From Thermoplasmata archaeon (GTDB lineage: Archaea; Thermoplasmatota; SW-10-69-26; JACQPN01; JAJPHT01): a DNA stretch of 14,097 nucleotides. Every line of letters starts with the position of its first letter. The first letter of the stretch is position 1. The stretch covers positions 1 to 14,097 of the forward strand of contig JAXDQU010000087.1 in assembly GCA_034667685.1 (NCBI GenBank), written 5' to 3'. Under the pieces are notes generated by a model that did not search any database, was not told where the DNA came from, and saw only the letters and a program-made list of their open reading frames with translations. Position numbers and translations under genes: made by a program. Below are positions 6,807 to 14,058 of this stretch, piece after piece.

Positions 6807-7829
6807 TCAGGCCGCGTTGGCCACGTGGGCCGCCGGGATCAGGTCGATCTGGCCGAGCCCTTCGGCGGGGTAGTAGCGCACGAGCTTGCCCTCGCGGACC
6901 TTGGTCACGAGCTGCACTTCCTCGAGGCGCTTGACGTGCCAGAGGATCGTGCTGCTGGAGACGCCCAGCGCCTGCGAGACGGCCTTCTGCGTCATGCCGG
7001 GGCTGGCGCGGATCAGGGCCGCGACGTCGCCGGTGCGGTCCACGCGGAGCACGGCGAGCGCGTCCTTCTGGTGGCTGCCGCCCTCGCCGTTGGCGAAGAA
7101 GCGGCGGTACTTGCCGTACTTCTTGGAGACGACGAAGCGGCGCTTCTCCAGCTTGGCGAGGTGGTGCGTCACGGTGCCCCAGGCGAGGCCGAGGCGGTCC
7201 GCGATGTCCTTCGTGGAGATGCCGGGCTCCTGCTGGATCAGGCGGAAGATGGCGCTGCGGTTCGAGTCGTCGAGGATCTCGTCGTCGCTGAGGTGGCTGT
7301 AGAGCGGGAGCAGCGCCGCGAGGCCGGTGAGCTTCAGGGCGCGCCAGACGCCGTAGAGCGCGAGGACCGAGACGCCCGCTGCGGCGGCCGCCACGAGCGC
7401 GGTGCGCGACATCTGCTCGACGGGGATCACGAGGGTGGACTGGGACTGCGCGGGGCCCGCGGGGGGCGCGGGCGGGGCGGGCGCGGCGGGGAGGAGGACG
7501 TGGACGTCGACGCCCACGGCGTCGGGCGCGGCGTCGGTCTGGACCTCGCCGGGCTGGCACGCGTCCTGGGCGCGCTCCTGGCTCACGGTGGTGTCGCCCG
7601 AGTCGAGCCTGCACGAGCCGCCGCCCGCGTGCGTGTGGACGTCGCGGGTCTGGACGCTGGTGGTGACGCCGGGGGCATCCTGGACGTACTGCGTCGTGTC
7701 GACGGCGGCCGACGTGCCGTGCACGTCCGCGCCTTCGTCGGGCGCCTGGATCGTGACCACTTCGCGCGCGAGGACGGCCGGGATGGCCAGCGTCGCGGCG
7801 ACGAGGAGTGCGAGCGTCAGGATTCGCAT
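6807..7829 (-). CDS. Membrane-tethered tandem winged-HTH transcriptional regulator (COG3398-like) with an extracellular N-terminal domain
   Basis: Signal-like MRILTLALLVAATLAIPAVLA, an acidic/Thr-rich domain with 2 Cys, a Pro/Ala linker and TM ALVAAAAAGVSVLALYGVW. Then PLYSHLSDDEILDDSNRSAIFRLIQQEPGI...LGLAWGTVTHHL.KLE and a second HTH PGMTQKAVSQALGVSSSTILWHVKRLE. Confidence 0.85.
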   Translation of the reverse strand: MRILTLALLVAATLAIPAVLAREVVTIQAPDEGADVHGTSAAVDTTQYVQDAPGVTTSVQTRDVHTHAGGGSCRLDSGDTTVSQERAQDACQPGEVQTDAAPDAVGVDVHVLLPAAPAPPAPPAGPAQSQSTLVIPVEQMSRTALVAAAAAGVSVLALYGVWRALKLTGLAALLPLYSHLSDDEILDDSNRSAIFRLIQQEPGISTKDIADRLGLAWGTVTHHLAKLEKRRFVVSKKYGKYRRFFANGEGGSHQKDALAVLRVDRTGDVAALIRASPGMTQKAVSQALGVSSSTILWHVKRLEEVQLVTKVREGKLVRYYPAEGLGQIDLIPAAHVANAA

Positions 7830-7842
7830 GTCTGCAAGCCCC

Positions 7843-7896
7843 CTGTGCCTAGGCACAGCTACGCACGGAGCCGGTTTGGCCCGTTATAGCCTTTGC
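7843..7896 (-). promoter_or_regulatory. BRE/TATA-like promoter (GCAAAGGC-TATAAC) plus the perfect 16-bp palindrome CTGTGCCTAGGCACAG upstream of the wHTH gene
   Basis: Minus-strand TATAAC at 7888-7883 is preceded by purine-rich CAAAGG. The palindrome at 7843-7858 lies just inside the expected transcript start and abuts the AGGGGG SD-like site. Confidence 0.55.
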
Positions 7897-7914
7897 GGGG
7901 GCCTTCTGCAATCG

Positions 7915-9858
7915 TCACCCGGGTTGGCCTTCCCGGACGTGGACCGCGAGCCCTTTCTTGAACCTGCCAAGCTCGGCGGGGGCCAGGTGGAGCTGGCCGC
8001 AGGCGACCAGGTTGTCGGACCAGTCCACCAGCAGGCATTCGTCGCCCGGCCGCAGCGTCTCGTCCCATTTCTCCACGAACTGGGCGAAGGCGTTCTTCCC
8101 CTGCCGGTTGAAGGGCACGCTGTCCGTCGCCACGACGACGCGCATCCGGGGGAAGGCGAACGCCTTGTGCAGCCGCCGCGCGCCGGCGATCTTGAGCGTG
8201 AAGAGGCCGTCCTCGGCGCGCAGGGAGAGCACGTGCTCGCCCCCCGCGCTGACGTTGCGGATCTTGCCCGTGTTGACCGACGCGCGGACGTCGACCTTGC
8301 CCGCGAGCAGCGCGTCGCCGGCGCCCGCGCCGAACTGGTAGTCCGCGATGTCCCGCGCGCGCTCCGCCAGCTCGTCGGCGGGCGTCTCGCGGGGGGGCGC
8401 CAGCGTCTCGAGCATGTCGCTCCCGTTCCAGTCCACGACGCGCACGCCGTGCTGGGCCGTGAAGTCGGCCGTGAAGTCGTCGAGCATCTGGCGCGTCTCG
8501 GCGTCGGTCTCGGCGGGCTCGACGCTCTGCGCGAAGGGGTACGTGCCGTCTAGAGAGAACGGGACGGGCCCGAAGACGCTGCGCGCGGCGGGCACGACGT
8601 CCCGCGTCGCGAGGCGCGGGGCCAGCTCGGCGTACGCGATGCTCGCGGGCTTCAGCGCGGGCGCGGGCAGCAGGAACACGTCGCGGCCGCGCGGGCTCCA
8701 GCCCGATAGCAATTTTCGCCGCGCCCGGAGCGCCTCGGGCCGGCGGGCGCTGCTCGCGCCGACGTGGAAGAAGGCGTTCGGCTTGCTCGTGGGCTCCAGC
8801 GTCTCGATCCACGCCGCGTGGTCCAGGGCGCGGCGGAAGCCGTCCATGAGCGCGGGGTGCGTCTTCGCGCGCGCGGTCGCCAGCTCCCACAGGCGGCCCT
8901 GCCGGATCGCCTCGCGCACGCGCCGGATCTCGGCGAACGAGACGTGCAGGTTGTGGATGCCCAGGAGGCGCTCGCGCTCGGGGCTCTTGCGAAGCTCGTC
9001 TGGCGTGTGCTTGGCGCACACCTCGCAGCCGCACGGGTTCTCCTGGAGGTCCGCGAGGTGGCGCGTGCCGTCCTCGTACATCATGCGCCCGTCCTTGGCG
9101 AACTTGGCGTAGCTGCTGCTATCAAAGAAGTCGCACCCGAGCAGCGCCGCCAACGCGAACATCTGCGGGTGGCCCGCGCCGAAGAGGTGGACGGGCCGCG
9201 AGGGGTCGAGCCCCTGCTTGGACGCGACGATGACGTCCACGAGCGTGCTCCAGCGCTGCTGCTCCATGAGCGGCACGACGCCCCCCACCGGATGGAAGTC
9301 GGCCGCGATCGACTGATATCGCTTCGCGCACTCCGTCCGCAGCTCGGGGTAGACGCCGCCCTGCACGGTGGCCGCGAGCGCCATGCCGCCCTTGATCTGC
9401 GCGGCCTCGCCCGCGCGCTTGACCGTCTCCTCCAGGTCGGCGCGCGCCTCGTCCCGGCTCTTGTCGGGCGTGGTGAACATGTCGAGGATCGTGCCCACGT
9501 CCACGCCGATGTCGCGCTGGAACGCCACGATCTCCTCGGGCGTCACCGACACCTTGCCGTAGACGTACATCTGGAACGTGCCCGAGTCCGTCATGACCGG
9601 GCCATCCCAGTCGATGACCTTGTGCACGCCCTCCGCCAGCGCCTGCTCGCGGAGCTTCTGCGACTTGCGGATCACGTACGAGTTCGTGATCACCATCTCG
9701 GTGCCGAAGCGCTCGCGCATCTCGCGCGCCGAGATGTAGGAAAGGTTCGGGTTGAGCACCGGCAGGAGCGTCGGCGTCGTCACCGTGCCGTGGTCCGTCG
9801 TGAACTTCCCGAGACGCGCGGCGGCGTCCCGGCCCCTGATCTCGAAGGACGTGGGCAC
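7915..9858 (-). CDS. tgtA: Archaeosine tRNA-guanine(15) transglycosylase (ArcTGT), full-length with C-terminal PUA domain
   Basis: FEI..RDAAARLG, TPTLLPV.NP, ITNSY, MTDSGTFQ, QGG, GGVVPLME, PVHLFGAGHP, GCDFFDSSSY, Zn site CGCEVC..HNL and PUA RVVVATDSVPFNRQGKNAFAQFV...LRPGDECLLVD. GTG 9858 has a TTTTT box 25-29 nt upstream. Confidence 0.95.
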   Translation of the reverse strand: MPTSFEIRGRDAAARLGKFTTDHGTVTTPTLLPVLNPNLSYISAREMRERFGTEMVITNSYVIRKSQKLREQALAEGVHKVIDWDGPVMTDSGTFQMYVYGKVSVTPEEIVAFQRDIGVDVGTILDMFTTPDKSRDEARADLEETVKRAGEAAQIKGGMALAATVQGGVYPELRTECAKRYQSIAADFHPVGGVVPLMEQQRWSTLVDVIVASKQGLDPSRPVHLFGAGHPQMFALAALLGCDFFDSSSYAKFAKDGRMMYEDGTRHLADLQENPCGCEVCAKHTPDELRKSPERERLLGIHNLHVSFAEIRRVREAIRQGRLWELATARAKTHPALMDGFRRALDHAAWIETLEPTSKPNAFFHVGASSARRPEALRARRKLLSGWSPRGRDVFLLPAPALKPASIAYAELAPRLATRDVVPAARSVFGPVPFSLDGTYPFAQSVEPAETDAETRQMLDDFTADFTAQHGVRVVDWNGSDMLETLAPPRETPADELAERARDIADYQFGAGAGDALLAGKVDVRASVNTGKIRNVSAGGEHVLSLRAEDGLFTLKIAGARRLHKAFAFPRMRVVVATDSVPFNRQGKNAFAQFVEKWDETLRPGDECLLVDWSDNLVACGQLHLAPAELGRFKKGLAVHVREGQPG

Positions 9859-9892
9859 AAGCGGGCGAAGGGGGGCGCCGAGAAAAAGGTAC

Positions 9893-10183
9893 CTACGCCT
9901 CGCCCAGGCCCAGGAGGCGGACAAGCTCCTCGCGGTAGGCGCGGAAGGCGGCCTCGCCCGCGTGGGTCAGGCGATATCGTTTCTCGAAGCGGAGGCCCGC
10001 GAGCGCGTGGAACGCGGCCACGTAGCCCGCCTCGGCGAGGCGCTCCGCGTGCGCGCCCAGGTTCCCCTCGGTGAGGTCGAGCACGCGGCAGAGCTCGGCG
10101 AAGCTCATCTCGCGGTTCCGCAGCAGAAGCGCCAGGATCTGCAGGCGCGTCGCCTGGTGAATGACCGGATCGAGCATGCTCAC
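9893..10183 (-). CDS. Winged-helix transcriptional regulator (HTH_34, ArsR/MarR-like); start GTG 10183 or ATG 10177
   Basis: LDPVIHQATRLQILALL....MSFAEL...LDLTEGNLGAHAERLAEAGYV......RYRLT.AG..AF..Y is the typical pattern. The start overlaps the upstream stop (GTGA). Confidence 0.85.
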   Translation of the reverse strand: MSMLDPVIHQATRLQILALLLRNREMSFAELCRVLDLTEGNLGAHAERLAEAGYVAAFHALAGLRFEKRYRLTHAGEAAFRAYREELVRLLGLGEA

Positions 10184-10773
10184 CCGCGCAGCGCCTGGTA
10201 GAGTCCCCCCAGCGTGGCGGGAACGGCGCTCACGAGCGCGGCGCCCAGCATCATGGCGTCCATGCCCGAGGCGAGGTAGGGCAGCGCCGCGCCGCCCGCG
10301 ACCACCAGCGCGCCGACGCCCACGCCGACGCGCCGGCCCAGCGCGCTCCAGCGGCGCGCGAGGAGGGCCATGGCGATCCACGCGCTGCCGAGGATGGCGA
10401 CGGCGTACGCGGGCGTCGTCGGCTCGATCGCGTAGTGGAGCAGGAACACGGCGGCCGCGATGACCCCAGCCTTCAGCGGCCAGGTCCACCATGTCGCCAT
10501 CCGGACGCGATCGGGCCGCGTGAGGGAGGCGCTGCGCCAGACGACGTACGTGGTCGCGAAGCCCGCGAGCACCCACATGGACCAGCCCGCCGCGAAGCCG
10601 GCCATCGTGAGCGGCAGCCTCGAGAGGGCGAGCATCGTCACCCAGATGCCGGCGCTCACGAGCCCCCAGACCATCCAGGTGATCCCTTCCGTGCGGTGCT
10701 GGAGGCGATCCTCCCAGCGGCCGGCCTTCGCCAGCGCGAGGGCGGCGTCCTGTGGCGTCAACGTCTCGGTCAT
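10180..10773 (-). CDS. Polytopic membrane protein (about 6 TM), translationally coupled to the wHTH gene
   Basis: MTETLTPQDAALALAKAGRWEDRL..RTEGITWMVWG followed by about six Trp-rich hydrophobic segments. It starts at ATG 10773, and the upstream part of the listed ORF is a shadow over hicB. Confidence 0.8.
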   Translation of the reverse strand: MTETLTPQDAALALAKAGRWEDRLQHRTEGITWMVWGLVSAGIWVTMLALSRLPLTMAGFAAGWSMWVLAGFATTYVVWRSASLTRPDRVRMATWWTWPLKAGVIAAAVFLLHYAIEPTTPAYAVAILGSAWIAMALLARRWSALGRRVGVGVGALVVAGGAALPYLASGMDAMMLGAALVSAVPATLGGLYQALRG

Positions 10774-10903
10774 CGCGGGGCCACCACCGCGGCTGGGCAT
10801 GGACCTCGCGTTCCTTCTGCGCGCCAGAGTGGATCGGCGCAGCGATGCCGCGTGCGGCGACCTCCGGACAAGCGTGAAGTACTCCGGGCGCGCATCGCGA
10901 GCC

Positions 10904-11107
10904 GTGGACTTCGACGTCGTGATCGAGCAGGACGAGACGGGGGCGTTCATCGCCAACGTCCCGGTGCTTCCCGGATGCCACACCTGGGGACCGACCAAGG
11001 AGGACGCGCTCGCCCGCGTGCGGGAGGCCATCGCGCTCTATCTCGAAGTGAAAGGCCTGCCCACGAGCCACGTCGTCGCCATCGAGAAGGTCCACGTCGA
11101 GGGGTGA
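10904..11107 (+). CDS. hicB: HicB-family antitoxin (short RNase H-like domain only, 67 aa)
   Basis: (M)DFDVVIEQDETGAFIANVPVLPGCHTWGPTKEDALARVREAIALYLE matches the HicB/UPF0150 pattern VP.LPGC.T.G.T.EEA.....EAI.LYLE. Confidence 0.85.
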   Translation: MDFDVVIEQDETGAFIANVPVLPGCHTWGPTKEDALARVREAIALYLEVKGLPTSHVVAIEKVHVEG

Positions 11108-11124
11108 GCGCGCTTCGTTGAGGT

Positions 11125-11547
11125 TCACGCGCTCCGCGTGGCGCCGCGCACGTCGAGCGCCCCGTGCCTCGCGCCCGCGTGCAGCGTGAGGTCGCCGCCC
11201 ACGTGGATGGGGCCGCAGCGCGCGCCCGGCCGGAGCAAGGCGTCCGCGGCGGCGTCGAGGGGCCCGGCGACGGCGGCGCGGTCCAGGAGCGTCACGTTCC
11301 CCTCGGCGCGCAGCTTGCCCGCCACGAGCGCGCCCGCGCCCAGGATGACGTCGCCCACCGCCACGAGGTCGCCGTGCACCACGGCGCCCGCGGCGAGCGT
11401 CACGGGACCGCGCGCGTGCACCGCGCCGTGGACGTGCGCGCTGCGGCCGATGACCAGCGCGTGGGGCGCGCGCAGGCCGCGCGGCACGCTCGCGCCGTCG
11501 CGCACCACGTGGGCGCGCGCGTGGGGAAGCGCGACGATGGAGTCCAT
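11125..11547 (-). CDS. Bactofilin-like / polymer-forming beta-helix protein (140 aa)
   Basis: About 17-residue repeats: LVIGRSAHVHGAVHARG / VTLAAGAVVHGDLVAVG / VILGAGALVAGKLRAEG / VTLLDRAAVAGPLDAAA. ATG 11547 has a GATATC box 25-30 nt upstream. Confidence 0.7.
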   Translation of the reverse strand: MDSIVALPHARAHVVRDGASVPRGLRAPHALVIGRSAHVHGAVHARGPVTLAAGAVVHGDLVAVGDVILGAGALVAGKLRAEGNVTLLDRAAVAGPLDAAADALLRPGARCGPIHVGGDLTLHAGARHGALDVRGATRSA

Positions 11548-11595
11548 GCAGGGGTGTCTCCGGGGCTCCGGGATATCCGTTGCGATCTCGCTCGC

Positions 11596-11601
11596 TTTAT
11601 G
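11596..11601 (+). promoter_or_regulatory. TATA-like TTTATG for a probably leaderless NAD kinase transcript
   Basis: It lies 25-30 nt upstream of GTG 11626 in the divergent intergenic region. Confidence 0.55.
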
Positions 11602-11625
11602 AGCTTCCCCTGGGGTGGCGGCCGC

Positions 11626-12621
11626 GTGTTCGTGTCGGTGATCGTGCGCCCCGAGGCCGAGGCGGAGGCGGAGGGCGCCCGCGTCCTGGCCGCGCTGAGG
11701 TCGGCGCGCGTCCCGCACGAGCGCTTCGAGCGGGCGGCGGACGCGCGCGGCGACGTGCTCGTGGTCGTGGGCGACAACGCGTTCCTCCTGGCGACCCTGC
11801 GGGAGCGCGCGCCCGACATCCCCGTCCTGGGCGTGGGGAGCGCGGGCTTCGGCGTGCTCATGGAGGTCAGCGTCGCCGAGTTCGAGGCCAACGTCAAGCG
11901 CATCCGCGCGGGTGACTACTGGGTCGAGCCGGTGGACCGCATGCGCGTCGTGGTGGGCGAGCGCGAGTTCGCCGCGCTCAACGAGGCGGCGATCGTCAGC
12001 GCGCAGGCGGGCCAGTTCGTGCGCTACTCGCTCTGGATCGACGACGAGCTGGTCTGGCGCGACCGCGGCGACGGCGTCATCGTGGCGACCCCGACGGGCA
12101 GCACGGCCTATGCGCTCAGCGCCGGGGGTCCGATCGTGCTCGCGCGGGCGCGCGTGTTCTCCTGCGTGCCGATCTGCAGCGGCGACGACCACCACCCCAT
12201 CGTCGTCACGCAGGACGCGCGCGTGCAGGTGACGGACGTGACCGCGCTCTCGGGCGTGGACCTCGTGCTCGACGGGCGCGAGCGCGTCCGCATCGGGCGC
12301 AACGAGGTCGTCCGCGTGACGCGCCACGACATGCCGGCGCGCTTCGTGCGGTTCGGCGAGAAGCGCTACACGCGCATCCTCGGGAAGCTCAAGCGCGAGG
12401 GGGAGCCGAGCCCCATCCTGCAGGAGGCGCCGCCCAGCGCGCGCTTCGTCCTCAAGCTCCTGGAGTTCGAGGGGCCGCTCACGCAGCAGGAGATGATCCG
12501 CGAGTCGGGCCTCTCGCCGCGCACCATCCGCAACGCGATCTCCTTTTTGCTATCGCAGGGCTTCCTCACCAAGGAGCCCAGCCTGCGCGACGCGCGCCAG
12601 GACGTCTACACGCTGCGGTGA
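11626..12621 (+). CDS. NAD(+)/NADH kinase family protein fused to a C-terminal MarR-like wHTH (alternative start ATG 11599)
   Basis: ALNEAAI and GDGVIVATPTGSTAYALSAGGPI are canonical NADK motifs, while GGDG is replaced by VGDN. The C-terminus reads PPSARFVLKLLEFEGPLTQQEMIRESGLSPRTIRNAI..L...G........DARQDVY. Confidence 0.85.
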   Translation: MFVSVIVRPEAEAEAEGARVLAALRSARVPHERFERAADARGDVLVVVGDNAFLLATLRERAPDIPVLGVGSAGFGVLMEVSVAEFEANVKRIRAGDYWVEPVDRMRVVVGEREFAALNEAAIVSAQAGQFVRYSLWIDDELVWRDRGDGVIVATPTGSTAYALSAGGPIVLARARVFSCVPICSGDDHHPIVVTQDARVQVTDVTALSGVDLVLDGRERVRIGRNEVVRVTRHDMPARFVRFGEKRYTRILGKLKREGEPSPILQEAPPSARFVLKLLEFEGPLTQQEMIRESGLSPRTIRNAISFLLSQGFLTKEPSLRDARQDVYTLR

Positions 12622-12625
12622 TCCC

Positions 12626-13837
12626 ATGCGCGCTCTCGCCCTTCTCGCGGTCGTCCTTCTCTTGGGCTGCGCGGCGCCCGCGCCCCAGCCTTCGGCCCCC
12701 GCCTCGGCCTCGGCCCCCGTCGCCGCCCCCGCCTCGCTCGTCATCGGCCCCGGCTCCACCGAGGCCTCGTTCACCATCGCGCCGGACGACACCACGTGGC
12801 TCGCGTGCACGCACGGCGGGTTCCAGCGGACCTCGCCGCTCTACGCGAGCCTCGACGCGGGCGCCACGTGGAAGCCCGTCGCCGTCGCGGCGCAGCCCGT
12901 CCCGAGCGGCGACTGCGACGTGGGCGTGACGCGGAGCGGCGCGTGGGCCGTCGCCTACGACACGGTGGCCTCGGCCGCCGTCGCCGTCTCGACGGACAGG
13001 GGCGCCACGTGGAAGGCGACGGAGGTCGCGGGCGCGCCCGTGGGCGGCGCGGTGGACCGGCCGTGGCTCGCCGTCGCGGGCGACGCGCTGATCCTCACGT
13101 GGTGCGACCTCATGGCCGTCGAGCCCGCGCTCTGCTTCGTCGCGACGTCGGCCGACCTGGGCGCGACGTGGAGCGCCGCGCGGCCGATCACGGTGGGCGC
13201 GCCGGGCCGCGCGCTGGACGTCATGGGCCGCCTCACCGCGTCGCCCGACGGCAAGCGGCTGCGCATCCCCGTCGCGTGGGTCAGCGGCGCCGAGCCGAAC
13301 CCCGACGTGACGTTCGTCGTCGAGGCGTCCGACGACGCGGGGCTGACGTGGCGCGAGATCGCCGTCGCGGGCCCGATGAAGGCGCCCCCGCAGATCCCCT
13401 CGCTCTCCGTGGCGCCCGACGGCGCGCTGTGGTATTCCTGCTCGCGCGGCGGCTCGATGGTCTCGTGGGAGACGGCCAACGCGGGCGGGCTCCAGCCGCT
13501 CGACGCCGACATCCTCGTCACCGCGTCCCGCGACGGGGGCAAGACGTGGGACGCGCCGCTCGTCGTCGCCCCCAAGCAGCATTTCGACACCGAGGGCACG
13601 ACCTGGATCGACGCGGGCCCGCGCGACGCGGTGGTGGCGTGGGTCCACGCGCGCGCCGACGGCAAGTGGGTCCTCGACGCCGCGCGGGTCGAGAACGGCA
13701 CGTTCCGCGCGTGGAGCCCGATCCCGGAGCGCACGGCAGGCGGGGGCGTCGACTACCTCATGACGGGGCACGACCCCGCGGGGCGCGACCTCGTGGTGGT
13801 CGTGATGGACAATGATATCGTGCTGGCTCGTGCCTAG
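12626..13837 (+). CDS. Asp-box (BNR) repeat beta-propeller lipoprotein, sialidase-like fold
   Basis: Lipobox LLLGC, a Pro/Ala linker and five SxDxGxTW boxes (SLDAGATW, STDRGATW, SADLGATW, SDDAGLTW, SRDGGKTW). It starts 4 nt after the NADK stop. Confidence 0.8.
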   Translation: MRALALLAVVLLLGCAAPAPQPSAPASASAPVAAPASLVIGPGSTEASFTIAPDDTTWLACTHGGFQRTSPLYASLDAGATWKPVAVAAQPVPSGDCDVGVTRSGAWAVAYDTVASAAVAVSTDRGATWKATEVAGAPVGGAVDRPWLAVAGDALILTWCDLMAVEPALCFVATSADLGATWSAARPITVGAPGRALDVMGRLTASPDGKRLRIPVAWVSGAEPNPDVTFVVEASDDAGLTWREIAVAGPMKAPPQIPSLSVAPDGALWYSCSRGGSMVSWETANAGGLQPLDADILVTASRDGGKTWDAPLVVAPKQHFDTEGTTWIDAGPRDAVVAWVHARADGKWVLDAARVENGTFRAWSPIPERTAGGGVDYLMTGHDPAGRDLVVVVMDNDIVLARA

Positions 13838-13986
13838 AAGAAATAGGCGAGCCCGACGAGGCTGACCGTGATCGCGAAGGCGAAGGCCGCGAGGTCGATC
13901 GCCGTGCGGCGCGCGCTCGCCCTGTAGGCCTCGGGGAAGACGACGTGCAGGCCGAGGGTCTCGGGGTTGCCGAAGCGGAGGGACAT
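13834..13986 (-). CDS. 50-aa tail-anchored small membrane protein (not in the ORF track)
   Basis: MSLRFGNPETLGLHVVFPEAYRASARRTAIDLAAFAFAITVSLVGLAYFF*. A GGAGG SD precedes the ATG. Its stop shares CTAG with the convergent stop of the lipoprotein gene. Confidence 0.7.
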   Translation of the reverse strand: MSLRFGNPETLGLHVVFPEAYRASARRTAIDLAAFAFAITVSLVGLAYFF

Positions 13987-14058
13987 GCGTCTGCCTCCGG
14001 AGTCCGGACGAACCTCGTTGGGGTACGCGGCTTCTCAAGTCGGAGGCCGATCGTACTA

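Noticed and set aside
4888..9858. Dpd-type 7-deazaguanine DNA modification (defence) island
   Set aside because: The TGT is a canonical tRNA-acting ArcTGT with a PUA domain rather than DpdA, and no dpdB/dpdC or other defence genes are present.
12626..13837. Calling the Asp-box protein a true sialidase
   Set aside because: Asp boxes are structural. There is no N-terminal (F/Y)RIP motif (LRIP occurs only mid-protein), and I cannot identify the Arg triad by eye.
6516..14038. Long ORFs 6516..7889+, 7402..8553+, 7859..9034-, 8764..10074+, 12566..14038- and 12796..13815+, plus N-terminal extensions of 9893..11128, 10460..11107, 11125..12327 and 11164..12621
   Set aside because: These are shadow frames. 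For the extended ORFs only the C-terminal parts look like real proteins, so starts were reassigned.
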